Shown piece after piece: positions 1 to 8,724 of a stretch of DNA of 64,000 nucleotides (the stretch's first letter is position 1; every line of letters starts with the position of its first letter). Source of the stretch: Bacteroidia bacterium (GTDB lineage: Bacteria; Bacteroidota; Bacteroidia; M30B66); assembly GCA_965279035.1 (NCBI GenBank), contig OZ257142.1, positions 576,001 through 640,000 of the forward strand, in the 5' to 3' direction. The translations under genes were made by a program, and so were the position numbers. The notes beneath the pieces are model-generated. The model searched no databases. It saw nothing but the letters and a program-made list of their open reading frames with translations, and was not told the origin of the DNA.

Positions 1-192
1 CGTTGGGGAATTACCAAACACAATCGTTTAAGTATATCAAAGTTTGATGTTGGGTTTAATGGTGAGTGGGATATTGTAACACTGAAAAATGGTGTACTTC
101 GGATTGTATTGAAAGTATTCGCTACAGATCCTGAATCTGGTAAAGAAGCACCTGCAGGTCAAGTTCTTGTTGAAATGACCAAAGAACGATAA
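1..192 (+). CDS. 3' end of a hypothetical protein (partial, runs off the window start)
   Basis: Frame 1 is open from base 1 (RWGITKHNRLSISKFDVGFNGEWDIVTLKNGVLRIVLK...EMTKER*) to TAA at 190-192 and is followed by a terminator hairpin. Confidence 0.7.
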   Translation, partial: RWGITKHNRLSISKFDVGFNGEWDIVTLKNGVLRIVLKVFATDPESGKEAPAGQVLVEMTKER

Positions 193-216
193 GAACAAAT
201 TATACAAATACGAATC

Positions 217-240
217 AGCCCTCTTTTTGAGGGCTTTTTT
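217..240 (+). terminator. Rho-independent terminator
   Basis: AGCCCTC-TTTTT-GAGGGCT stem followed by a T-run. Confidence 0.7.
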
Positions 241-243
241 ATT

Positions 244-1614
244 ATGGCTAAGATTAAAACAAGTTTTTACTGTCAGAGTTGTGGTCATGAATCGCCCAAA
301 TGGCTGGGGAAATGTCCTAATTGCGGAGCATGGAACAGCTTTGCTGAAGAGTTGGTGCAGAAAGAAAAAGCAGCGAAAAGTTGGGTAAAAGGAGATCTTC
401 CTGCTAAAGCGCCACAGCCTGTTCGTATTTCGGAAGTAGAACAACATGCCGAAGTTCGAATTGATATGGGCGACCAGGAATTGAACCGAATATTAGGTGG
501 TGGATTGGTGCCTGGATCGTTGATATTGTTAGGGGGCGAACCCGGAATTGGAAAATCAACCTTGATGCTGCAAGTGGCGGTTAAATCAACACGGTTGAAG
601 GTATTGTATGTTTCTGGTGAAGAAAGCGAGCAGCAAATTCGCATGCGCGCCGAACGTATTGGAATTCAAAATACCGATTGTTTTGTGTTGGCCGAAACCG
701 GGATGCAACGGATTTTCCAGCACATTCAAAAAGTTGAACCACAACTGCTGGTCATTGATTCAATCCAAACACTACAAACCGATACGATTGAATCTTCACC
801 CGGAAGCGTTTCTCAAATACGAGAATGTACCGCCGAATTACTGCGTTATGCCAAGGAAAGCTCAACACCGGTCATGTTAATTGGCCACATCACTAAAGAT
901 GGACAAATTGCCGGACCAAAAATCCTGGAACACATGGTAGATGTGGTTTTGCAGTTTGAAGGTGATCGCAATCATTTGTATCGCATTGTGCGTTCGGTGA
1001 AGAATCGTTTTGGCTCAACTGCCGAAATGGGTATTTACGAAATGGCAGGTGAAGGTTTACGTGAAGTGGAAAATCCTTCTCAAGTATTGCTTTCGCAACT
1101 CGATGAACCATTCTCCGGAATTGCAATATCTGCCACCATGGAAGGTGCTCGTCCGATGTTGGTAGAAACACAAGCATTAGTAAGCACGGCTGTTTATGGA
1201 ACTCCCCAACGTTCTGGAACAGGTTTCGATTTACGTCGCTTGAATATGCTTTTGGCAGTGATAGAAAAGCGCTGCGGTTTTAAACTCGGTCAAAAGGATG
1301 TATTTCTCAATATCACTGGAGGAATTCGAGTAGAAGATCCTGCCATTGATTTAGGGGTAATCTGCGCAATACTTTCTTCGGATTTGAACATGCCAATACC
1401 AACAAAGACCTGTTTTTGTGGTGAAGTAGGATTGAGTGGTGAAATTCGTCCGGTTAGCCGCTTAGAACAACGCATTGCAGAAGCAGCACGCATGGGCTTT
1501 GCGCAAATTCTGGTGTCGGATTACAATTTAAAAGGAATCAACACCGGGAAATTTGGCATTCGTGTTATCCCAGTGAAGAAGATTGAAGAAGCTTTTCAAG
1601 TGCTTTACGGATAA
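244..1614 (+). CDS. radA: DNA repair protein RadA/Sms
   Basis: N-terminal C4 zinc finger (CQSCG..CPNC), Walker A GEPGIGKST, KNRFG motif, Lon-like C-terminus. Confidence 0.97.
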   Translation: MAKIKTSFYCQSCGHESPKWLGKCPNCGAWNSFAEELVQKEKAAKSWVKGDLPAKAPQPVRISEVEQHAEVRIDMGDQELNRILGGGLVPGSLILLGGEPGIGKSTLMLQVAVKSTRLKVLYVSGEESEQQIRMRAERIGIQNTDCFVLAETGMQRIFQHIQKVEPQLLVIDSIQTLQTDTIESSPGSVSQIRECTAELLRYAKESSTPVMLIGHITKDGQIAGPKILEHMVDVVLQFEGDRNHLYRIVRSVKNRFGSTAEMGIYEMAGEGLREVENPSQVLLSQLDEPFSGIAISATMEGARPMLVETQALVSTAVYGTPQRSGTGFDLRRLNMLLAVIEKRCGFKLGQKDVFLNITGGIRVEDPAIDLGVICAILSSDLNMPIPTKTCFCGEVGLSGEIRPVSRLEQRIAEAARMGFAQILVSDYNLKGINTGKFGIRVIPVKKIEEAFQVLYG

Positions 1615-1625
1615 TGATGATTAAC

Positions 1626-1633
1626 TAATTTTG
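1626..1633 (+). promoter_or_regulatory. Bacteroidota -7 promoter element (TAATTTTG), probably giving a leaderless transcript
   Basis: Matches TAnnTTTG and lies 4 nt before the ATG at 1638. Confidence 0.5.
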
Positions 1634-1637
1634 AAAT

Positions 1638-1844
1638 ATGGATTTTCGATTAGATAAAACAAGTTTTAGCCTACAGACACTAGAAAACCAAGGCAAAAAC
1701 AAGACATATTGGTTAGAGAAATCAGCAGATGAACGTTTTGCTGCTTCTGCATTTTTAATTGCGAATGCTTTCGGAATAGATTTGAAAAAATTACCTAGAA
1801 TGGATAAAACTGTTTTTTCAATTCGTAAACTAAAAGACCTTTAG
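1638..1844 (+). CDS. Small hypothetical protein (68 aa)
   Basis: Fills the gap after radA; has its own -7 element; YW..KS..ER..A motif and repeated R[LM]DKT.FS. Confidence 0.75.
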   Translation: MDFRLDKTSFSLQTLENQGKNKTYWLEKSADERFAASAFLIANAFGIDLKKLPRMDKTVFSIRKLKDL

Positions 1845-1852
1845 ATTCTATA

Positions 1853-3496
1853 TCAATCCTTCCAGAACTTGCGGCCATGTTCATCTACATAGCCCATTGG
1901 TATTCCTTTTTCATCCACTAAAAGCATTAGGAAATAATTGGCTGTGGATTTTTCTCTTTTCAGGTGAAATATCGTGCGCGGTTGATAATCAAATTGAGGT
2001 TCAAAAAGCTGACGAGGATAACGGGTGTCGGAGTTATGATCGCGATCGAAAAACAAACCATATTTCCCATTTTTCATTAAGACCATACAATCTGTAGTTC
2101 CGGATTTCCTTGCTAAGTAAATGCTGTCATACGCAAAAGGCAATTGTTGCTCGTTATTAGCATTTATTAGTCCCCATTGATTATCTTTTTTCGCAATGAG
2201 ATACATGTATGGTGCTGTTAATGACGCATTAGCAGGTGTGTTTTCAAAATTGATGATCTGTTCAAAATCTTGTGGTAAATGGGTATTCCCGTTTTCATCT
2301 AGAGTTCCCAAACGCCATGAACCATCGCTGGCTTTATCACCAACAAGAAAATGATGCAATCCTTTCTGTGCAGCCGAAAACAAGAGAATAGAATCATGAT
2401 AAACAGGTTCAATTTTCTCATCAGTCAGCAAACCCTTCTTGTCTTTGTAATTAAATAAAACCGCATTGGCGCGAGACATTCGTATGTTCTCTTCGGTGAG
2501 TGTTACATAGCTGAAATACTTGACAATTTCAGGCTTCGTACTTCCCTCGGGAAGATGAATGGGATTCCGAACAAATTGAGGAGGACGACTGCCTCGAAAA
2601 TCCCCATACATATAGCGACAAAACAGCGTATCGTTCTTGATTTCGAATGATTTATTGATCGTTTGAATGGTAGAAATAGTTTCTTCGGATTCTTGTTGTT
2701 CAGTCCCAACAGTACTTATATATTCACGCTCACCTACGTATCCAGATCCATTTCCAACATATCCCATTTCATCATTGCCATTGCTTTTTTCTACTTTGGG
2801 ATTCGTGCTTAGATACGTTTCCATAAACACTTTCGTAGCTAGGTCATATGTTAAAGTTTGGATGTACTCGGTTTGAGGTTCTTCTTTTCCTTTTCGTTCA
2901 AACAAGATGGTTTGGTCGCTTTTAGAAACACTATAGCGAATGCTAATGCAGTCTTTATACAACCAACCCGACTTGGCTGGTTCGTTTAAGTAATAACAGA
3001 AAATAGCTTTGAGTTTATCCGGTTGAGTGCATTTTATGAAGACGACTTCTGGCTTACCTGTTTTTGGATTTTCATACGACCAAATAGCTTGTTCAATGGT
3101 GCATGAATCTTTTATAACCAGCTTTCCTTCTAGGTTATAAAAAACCGGATTGCTATTTTTATTCGGCGCTGCACCAAATAGAATTCCGTCGAAACATTCG
3201 ATTACTCCATGTATAGGAGGAATAATTTCTTTATTACTAATAATACCTAGTAAAGAATCTTTCACCACATAAAAATATCCTGTAGGCAAAGTGAATTTGC
3301 TCTTTTTCTTCTGCGAATTAAATTCAATGTAATCGTATTTGGGTGCGACAATGATTTTACCTGTCGTGTCGGCCATTCCCCATAGCTTTCCTTGTCGATA
3401 AGGAATAAGTTGTTGATGCTTTTGCGCCTTTAAAGGGAGGAAGGAAAGCAGAAGAATTATAACTAGAATTAGATTTCGAAAGAGCATAAATGACAA
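1853..3496 (-). CDS. WG-repeat-containing exported protein
   Basis: Signal peptide; repeats such as KLWGMADTTGKIIVAPKYD and QWGLINANNEQQLPFAYD. Confidence 0.8.
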   Translation of the reverse strand: MSFMLFRNLILVIILLLSFLPLKAQKHQQLIPYRQGKLWGMADTTGKIIVAPKYDYIEFNSQKKKSKFTLPTGYFYVVKDSLLGIISNKEIIPPIHGVIECFDGILFGAAPNKNSNPVFYNLEGKLVIKDSCTIEQAIWSYENPKTGKPEVVFIKCTQPDKLKAIFCYYLNEPAKSGWLYKDCISIRYSVSKSDQTILFERKGKEEPQTEYIQTLTYDLATKVFMETYLSTNPKVEKSNGNDEMGYVGNGSGYVGEREYISTVGTEQQESEETISTIQTINKSFEIKNDTLFCRYMYGDFRGSRPPQFVRNPIHLPEGSTKPEIVKYFSYVTLTEENIRMSRANAVLFNYKDKKGLLTDEKIEPVYHDSILLFSAAQKGLHHFLVGDKASDGSWRLGTLDENGNTHLPQDFEQIINFENTPANASLTAPYMYLIAKKDNQWGLINANNEQQLPFAYDSIYLARKSGTTDCMVLMKNGKYGLFFDRDHNSDTRYPRQLFEPQFDYQPRTIFHLKREKSTANYFLMLLVDEKGIPMGYVDEHGRKFWKD

Positions 3497-3548
3497 TGAG
3501 CGGCGAAGTTAAGTCGAAACGAACTCAAATGAACTTTTCAAAAAAATT

Positions 3549-3563
3549 AGCAAATAGCGCCTG
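3549..3563 (+). repeat. 15-bp direct repeat AGCAAATAGCGCCTG, copy 1
   Basis: Exact match at 5541-5555. Confidence 0.8.
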
Positions 3564-3592
3564 CTCATCTTATCTTTCGGTTCCATCATTCT

Positions 3593-5518
3593 ATGATTAA
3601 ACAACTCTGCATTTTCGCGCTGCTCCTTTTCGCTTTCATTTCCAACTGCACGTTTGCTCAATCGGCAAAACCCGAATGGTTGTATATTATTGATGGTTAC
3701 AACGACACGTTTGTAAGTGATTTGGAGGTAGATAAAGAAGGAAATACCTATGTGGCTGTTAACTATTGCGGGGCGCTAACTGTAAGTGGCTTGAATAAGA
3801 AAAAGCCACCATCTGGGCATGTTCATGGCTTATTGATTAAGTTGAATAAAAATGGAAAACCACTTTGGGCGCATGGTTTTAAAAGTGCTTACGATAACCG
3901 AATTAATGATTTGTCGATTGCTCCTGATGGCGATGTGCTCTTTACAGGATTTGGTGATGGAGTGATGAGTTTTCCGGGATTGAGTGATACACTAAAATGC
4001 GGTAGAGAACGCGAGAAAAATGGCTACCATTATCCGCAAGCGGTTTACGCTGCTCGTTACTCACCCAAAGGAGAACGCATTTGGGCGCATTTCTGGAATA
4101 CAGGTTGGGCCGAAGGAATGAGCATTGCCGCAAATAGTAAAGAGGAAGTGTATTTCAGCTTTTATCATCGGGGAAGCTTGAGAAATAATGAAATGCTGAT
4201 AGATTCTTTTCCCATAGTTCCAAAGCTTTCGGCAATGGTTTCGTATGCACACATCGATAAAGATGGAAAGTTGGTCAAGATTCATCATTTCGATTTTCAG
4301 GAAACGAGTAGTAGTGCACTAACGCCGCATTTGAAGTTCGATCAAAACGATAATTTATTCTTGTATGGTGCTTTCAAAGGCAAGGTGAAGTTCAGCGAAA
4401 AGGATTCGCTCACAAATGATTCGTATTATGAAAGCAACGATTCCTATATCGTGAAATACAATCCAGCTGGTGAATTACTGTGGAAGAAGAAGATTGGAGG
4501 ACAAAATGGACAATGGATTAAGGAAATTCAATTTGGGGAAGATGGATCCGTTTACGCAACAGGAGAATTTAGCTATGAATGCACAATAGGCGATGGGATT
4601 AGTTTGACTCAGAAGAGCAAATACGAATATAAATCGGGCGATAGCTTTATGTATTTCAAGTTGGCTGCCGATGGTGAGCTGGTCTTTACCCGTTTCGAAG
4701 AACAAGGGAATTACGGCACTTATTTTACGGGAAGATCAATTGCACTTGATCCAAATGGAGAATCGCATGTTGTTGGTTATTACACAGATACTATTCAACT
4801 GGATGGGTTTTTTCTTCCGGGAATTTCGCGAACGAATCAGATGTTTTACAGTAGATGGCAGGAAGATAAATTAGTGGAACTTGAAAATGTGGGGAATAAC
4901 AATCGATACGGGCTTAGTCCCATGCGCATTGGGTTTGGACCAACAGGACAGTTTGCTGTTACAGGAGTTTATAATGATAAAAGCTGTTCTATCACTATTC
5001 AAGGACAAGAAAGGAAGTTTGGGAAATACGAATATGGCAATGCCACGTTTGTGTATGGAGGAAGTATTCCTGTTTTAAGAAAAACGGAGCCTTCATTATT
5101 GGCAACAAAGACGAAACGAATCAATCACTTAGAAACGTTGAAGCCTTTGTTAGCATGCCTAAATCCTCAGGAAAATGGCATTCCCAATGTTTGGTTTCCA
5201 ACTACCGATTCTATCCCATCACGCCAAACATGGTTAAGTGAATCTCCTTGCGGAAGAGAAATAATTCAGTTAGAAGCGAGTTTGTATCCCAATCCAAGCG
5301 CGGGACAAAGCACCTTGAAACTAAATGGAATGCTTGGTGGTCAAGTCCAACTGGATGTGTTTTCGGAAAACGGAGCATTACTTTTTTCTCAACGATTGAC
5401 GGTGCCGAGTAACGAATATTTACAAGAACTTGATTTGAGTTCTGCAGCACCCGGAATTTACTTCGTACGCATTGTCCATGGCGGTTTTGAAAAAGCGATA
5501 CGGATGGTGAAGATTTGA
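3593..5518 (+). CDS. Beta-propeller (SBBP-like) protein with T9SS type A C-terminal sorting domain
   Basis: Signal peptide; blades such as DLEVDKEGNTYV, SIAPDGDVLFTG, IALDPNGESHVVG; C-terminal LYPNPS...PGIYFVRI...MVKI. Confidence 0.85.
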   Translation: MIKQLCIFALLLFAFISNCTFAQSAKPEWLYIIDGYNDTFVSDLEVDKEGNTYVAVNYCGALTVSGLNKKKPPSGHVHGLLIKLNKNGKPLWAHGFKSAYDNRINDLSIAPDGDVLFTGFGDGVMSFPGLSDTLKCGREREKNGYHYPQAVYAARYSPKGERIWAHFWNTGWAEGMSIAANSKEEVYFSFYHRGSLRNNEMLIDSFPIVPKLSAMVSYAHIDKDGKLVKIHHFDFQETSSSALTPHLKFDQNDNLFLYGAFKGKVKFSEKDSLTNDSYYESNDSYIVKYNPAGELLWKKKIGGQNGQWIKEIQFGEDGSVYATGEFSYECTIGDGISLTQKSKYEYKSGDSFMYFKLAADGELVFTRFEEQGNYGTYFTGRSIALDPNGESHVVGYYTDTIQLDGFFLPGISRTNQMFYSRWQEDKLVELENVGNNNRYGLSPMRIGFGPTGQFAVTGVYNDKSCSITIQGQERKFGKYEYGNATFVYGGSIPVLRKTEPSLLATKTKRINHLETLKPLLACLNPQENGIPNVWFPTTDSIPSRQTWLSESPCGREIIQLEASLYPNPSAGQSTLKLNGMLGGQVQLDVFSENGALLFSQRLTVPSNEYLQELDLSSAAPGIYFVRIVHGGFEKAIRMVKI

Positions 5519-5540
5519 GTAAACACGCAAAAGCGACAGC

Positions 5541-5555
5541 AGCAAATAGCGCCTG
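5541..5555 (+). repeat. 15-bp direct repeat AGCAAATAGCGCCTG, copy 2
   Basis: Exact match at 3549-3563; partial third copy GCGAATAGCGC at 5567-5577. Confidence 0.8.
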
Positions 5556-5610
5556 AAAGGACTATTGCGAATAGCGCGGGCCGCCCGAAATGCTGGAACA
5601 ATAACAAAGT

Positions 5611-5631
5611 GTAGAGGCGGCTTTGCCCTAC
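5611..5631. repeat. REP-like imperfect palindrome (GTAG...CTAC)
   Basis: GTAGAGGCGGCTTTGCCCTAC between convergent genes. Confidence 0.4.
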
Positions 5632-5635
5632 AAAA

Positions 5636-6058
5636 TCAATCGATTGTCGCGATAACTTTGAGTTCGATGGCGATTGGAGTAGGTAAGCAATTGATTTCGA
5701 TGGTAGTACGGCAAGGCAAGTTATCCTTGAAAAACTCAGCGTAGATGCGATTGTAGGTGGGAAAATCGGCTTTCATGTTGGTGAGAAAAACCGTTACATC
5801 CACGATTTTATCCCATGAAGAGCCACAATCTTCAAGTATGTAACGAATGTTATTGAACACCGAACGGCACTGTGTTTCAATATCGTAGCTACTGATTTCG
5901 CCTTGCTCGTTCAATTCTACACCCGGAATCTTTTTAGTTCCTCGTTCACGTGGACCAACACCAGAAAGAAAAAGTAAGTTTCCAACTTTACGTGCATGTG
6001 GATATAAACCTACCGGTTCGGGCGCTCTAGAAGAATTAAGTTTGTCGGATGTAGACAT
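5636..6058 (-). CDS. RidA/YjgF family deaminase (2-aminomuconate deaminase-like)
   Basis: APEPVGLYPHARKVGNLLFLSG, PCRTT, LPTPIAIELKVIA. Confidence 0.9.
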   Translation of the reverse strand: MSTSDKLNSSRAPEPVGLYPHARKVGNLLFLSGVGPRERGTKKIPGVELNEQGEISSYDIETQCRSVFNNIRYILEDCGSSWDKIVDVTVFLTNMKADFPTYNRIYAEFFKDNLPCRTTIEINCLPTPIAIELKVIATID

Positions 6059-6105
6059 GGCTGAAAGCTTAAGGCTGCGAATTTAATTGGAAATTTGAGA
6101 AAGCA

Positions 6106-7401
6106 TTAGCCTTTTTTCTGAGCCTTAGCTGCAATGGCAGTGATGGCTTTTACGAGCACATCTAAATCGGCAAATGGTGTGTAAACATGCGGTGTAACAC
6201 GCACTCCTGAGATATTATTCCAATCAATACCTACCGTATGAATTCCATAGGGTTTGAATAATTCGGGTTCAATCTCGGAAGGCTTCATTCCTTCGATGGA
6301 GAATAATCCAATAGCACCGCTGAATTGAGCCGATGCTGGTGTATGAACGGTTACCCCAGGAAGTGTTTTGACTTTTTCGGTCCAGTAGGTTTTGAGTTGG
6401 TGCAAACGTTCGAATTTTCGTGTGCTTCCGATTCCATTATGAAAATCAATGGCTCGTCCAATAGCTAATTCGGTAGGGAATGAACGTGTACCCAAGGTTT
6501 CGAATTTACGGATGTCGTCACTTTCGGGTTTTTCACCGGGGAATAATGGGGCTAGATTGGCAATTCGATCTTTACGCACATAGAGCAATCCAGATCCAAA
6601 CGGCGCGCAGAGCCATTTATGTAGACTGGTTCCGCAAAAATCGACCTGCAAATCGGGAATCTTGAAATCGAGATGAGCAAAGGAATGAGCACTGTCGGAA
6701 ATGGATAAGATTCCCTTTTCGCGTGCTTTTTGAGCAATTTTCGCCACCGGAATTACTTGTCCGTTCCAATTGATTAAGTGCGTAATATGTACAACTTTGG
6801 TTTTAGAAGTAAATGCATCGGTGTAGCGTTTTGTGAGCTCATCGGCGTTTTCAGATGTGTTAGGATGTTCAACCCAAACGAGTTTGATTCCATCACGTTT
6901 CTCCCGCCATTTCCAGGCATTAATCATATTGGGATAATCCCATCTGCTCAACACAATTTCATCGCCTTTTTCCAATGGAAGTCCCATGATAATGGTTCCC
7001 AACGCCTCGGTTGCATTTCGGTTAATTGCTAGTTCATCGGCCGAACAGCCGGCTAACTCTGCCAAAGAATTTCGAAGTGGCTCACGACCTTGGTCTAATA
7101 TGCGCCACATGTAATACGATGGTCCTTCGTTACTTAAGCGATTGAAGTTTTCGAATGTTTCCTGTACCACTTTAGGCTGCGGACTAACACCTCCATTGTT
7201 GAGGTTGATGATATTAGGTGATACTGAATAGGATTGTTGAATTCGGTACCAGAAATCCTCGTCATTTTCAACTTGATTTAAAGAAAATGAATCGAAATGT
7301 GTATCTAATTCAGCCGCTTCAAGTGTATTCCATTGCTGAAGGAATGGTAGCGAAAGTGCAGAAATACCTACGTTTTTAAGAAAGGAGCGGCGAGGAGTCA
7401 T
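6106..7401 (-). CDS. Aminotransferase class V-fold PLP enzyme (isopenicillin-N epimerase / cysteine desulfhydrase-like) with Tat signal
   Basis: TPRRSFLK twin-arginine leader; NLNNGG, RNATEA, DSAHS, SLHKWL (PLP lysine). Confidence 0.85.
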   Translation of the reverse strand: MTPRRSFLKNVGISALSLPFLQQWNTLEAAELDTHFDSFSLNQVENDEDFWYRIQQSYSVSPNIINLNNGGVSPQPKVVQETFENFNRLSNEGPSYYMWRILDQGREPLRNSLAELAGCSADELAINRNATEALGTIIMGLPLEKGDEIVLSRWDYPNMINAWKWREKRDGIKLVWVEHPNTSENADELTKRYTDAFTSKTKVVHITHLINWNGQVIPVAKIAQKAREKGILSISDSAHSFAHLDFKIPDLQVDFCGTSLHKWLCAPFGSGLLYVRKDRIANLAPLFPGEKPESDDIRKFETLGTRSFPTELAIGRAIDFHNGIGSTRKFERLHQLKTYWTEKVKTLPGVTVHTPASAQFSGAIGLFSIEGMKPSEIEPELFKPYGIHTVGIDWNNISGVRVTPHVYTPFADLDVLVKAITAIAAKAQKKG

Positions 7402-7538
7402 GGAATCGAGGCTTAGTATTTTATAAAAATAGAATTATATCCAGAAGAAAATAGTCTTAGTTAGGAGGGATGAATAAGTTATATTATTGATTCGATAAAA
7501 AATCTGGAAATTAATACGGGAAGCTATTGCCGTAAATG

Positions 7539-7565
7539 AAAAAAGCAACACGATTGTGCTGCTTT
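7539..7565 (-). terminator. Rho-independent terminator of the tRNA transcript
   Basis: Minus strand AAAGCAGCAC-AATC-GTGTTGCTTT followed by a T-run. Confidence 0.7.
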
Positions 7566-7567
7566 AG

Positions 7568-7641
7568 TGGAGAATACCGGATTCGAACCGGTCGCCTCTT
7601 GCCTGCCAGGCAAGCGCTCTAGCCAAATGAGCTAATTCCCC
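7568..7641 (-). tRNA. tRNA-Ala(GGC), CCA not encoded
   Basis: GGGGAATTAGCTCATTTGGCTAGAGCGCTTGCCTGGCAGGCAAGAGGCGACCGGTTCGAATCCGGTATTCTCCA folds as a cloverleaf; anticodon GGC; G3:U70 pair. Confidence 0.97.
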
Positions 7642-7660
7642 TTTATTTCAATCTCATTCT

Positions 7661-7729
7661 GGTCGCATTCCCGATTTTACATCGGGACGCTCTAGCCATC
7701 CCGATAACTATCGGGAGAGCTAATTCCCT
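7661..7729 (-). pseudogene. Truncated tRNA-Ala duplicate carrying two TCCCGAT..ATCGGGA palindromes
   Basis: GGGAATTAGCTC[TCCCGATAGTTATCGGGA]TGGCTAGAGCG[TCCCGATGTAAAATCGGGA]ATGCGACC aligns to the 5' two-thirds of the adjacent tRNA. Confidence 0.85.
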
Positions 7730-7742
7730 TATTGAAGGATGG

Positions 7743-7750
7743 CAAAAGTA
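7743..7750 (-). promoter_or_regulatory. -7 promoter element (TACTTTTG) for the pseudo-tRNA/tRNA transcript
   Basis: TAnnTTTG consensus 13 nt upstream of the pseudo-tRNA. Confidence 0.65.
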
Positions 7751-7833
7751 GAAAAAAATAGATACTGCTGATTATCCAACTTTGGAATGTTGAGGTACTT
7801 ACTTGTTCTTAAATGTATATTGCATTTTCCTAT

Positions 7834-8682
7834 ATGATTCCCCACTCCATTCTATCTCAATTAAGCGATGCTCCAGTCGTTTCTCAATCTCCCGTCAATG
7901 GTGGTTCGATAAACGAGTGCTTTCAAGTTGATTTGGCAGATGGGCAATCGTTTTTTCTCAAACGAAATAAGCTAAAGGAATTTCCGGGGATGTTTCTAGC
8001 CGAGAAAAAAGGGCTGGAATTGTTGGCTCAATCGGGAGCTCCAACACCTCAAGTCTTGGCCTGTTGGGAGGAAGAACCTCATCAATTTCTTTTGCAAGAA
8101 TTTCTTGAACCACAAATTTCAACCAATACAGGCTGGGAAAATGCCGGCGCACTTTTGGCTCATCTTCATCAAACAACTTCAGAAACATTTGGGCTCGATC
8201 ACAGCAATTATATGGGAAGTTTGATGCAGCGCAATAATTTCTGCAACAGTTTTCATGAGTTCTTCATTGTGTATCGTTTAGGAGATCAAATTCGAATTGC
8301 ACGAGATGCTAAGTGGCTTGATTCTTCTCATGTAAAAGCATTTGATCGTTTGTTTCTTCGTTTTGAAGATCTCATACCTTCAGAGAAACCGGCACTCATT
8401 CATGGAGATTTATGGACAGGAAACATTCATGAAACCAAGCAAGGAATTTACTTTATTGATCCAGCCATTGCTTTTAGTCACCGTGAAACGGATATCGCTA
8501 TGACTCAACTTTTTGGGAACTTACCTGAGGCGTTTTACCGAAGCTATCACGAAACTCTTCCGCTTGAAAATGGTTGGCAGGATCGTGTTCCCATTTTTAA
8601 CCTCTATCCATTACTTATCCATTTGAATTTATTTGGATACACGTATTTACGAAGCATAGAAGAAGTCTTGAGGCGTTTTTAA
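7834..8682 (+). CDS. Fructosamine kinase family protein
   Basis: GGSIN, FFLKRN, FGLDHSNYMG, LIHGDLWTGN, IDPA motifs; ATG 7834 preferred to 7813. Confidence 0.9.
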   Translation: MIPHSILSQLSDAPVVSQSPVNGGSINECFQVDLADGQSFFLKRNKLKEFPGMFLAEKKGLELLAQSGAPTPQVLACWEEEPHQFLLQEFLEPQISTNTGWENAGALLAHLHQTTSETFGLDHSNYMGSLMQRNNFCNSFHEFFIVYRLGDQIRIARDAKWLDSSHVKAFDRLFLRFEDLIPSEKPALIHGDLWTGNIHETKQGIYFIDPAIAFSHRETDIAMTQLFGNLPEAFYRSYHETLPLENGWQDRVPIFNLYPLLIHLNLFGYTYLRSIEEVLRRF

Positions 8683-8724
8683 GTCCAAGTTTTTCACAAA
8701 CAAAATTTTGCTTAGGTTAGGCTC

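Noticed and set aside
37-447. 136-aa minus-strand ORF
   Set aside because: Overlaps radA and the upstream partial gene on the opposite strand
7568-7729. tRNA duplicate read as attL/attR of an integrated island
   Set aside because: The two copies are only about 20 nt apart, with no cargo or integrase, and it is the 5' part that is duplicated
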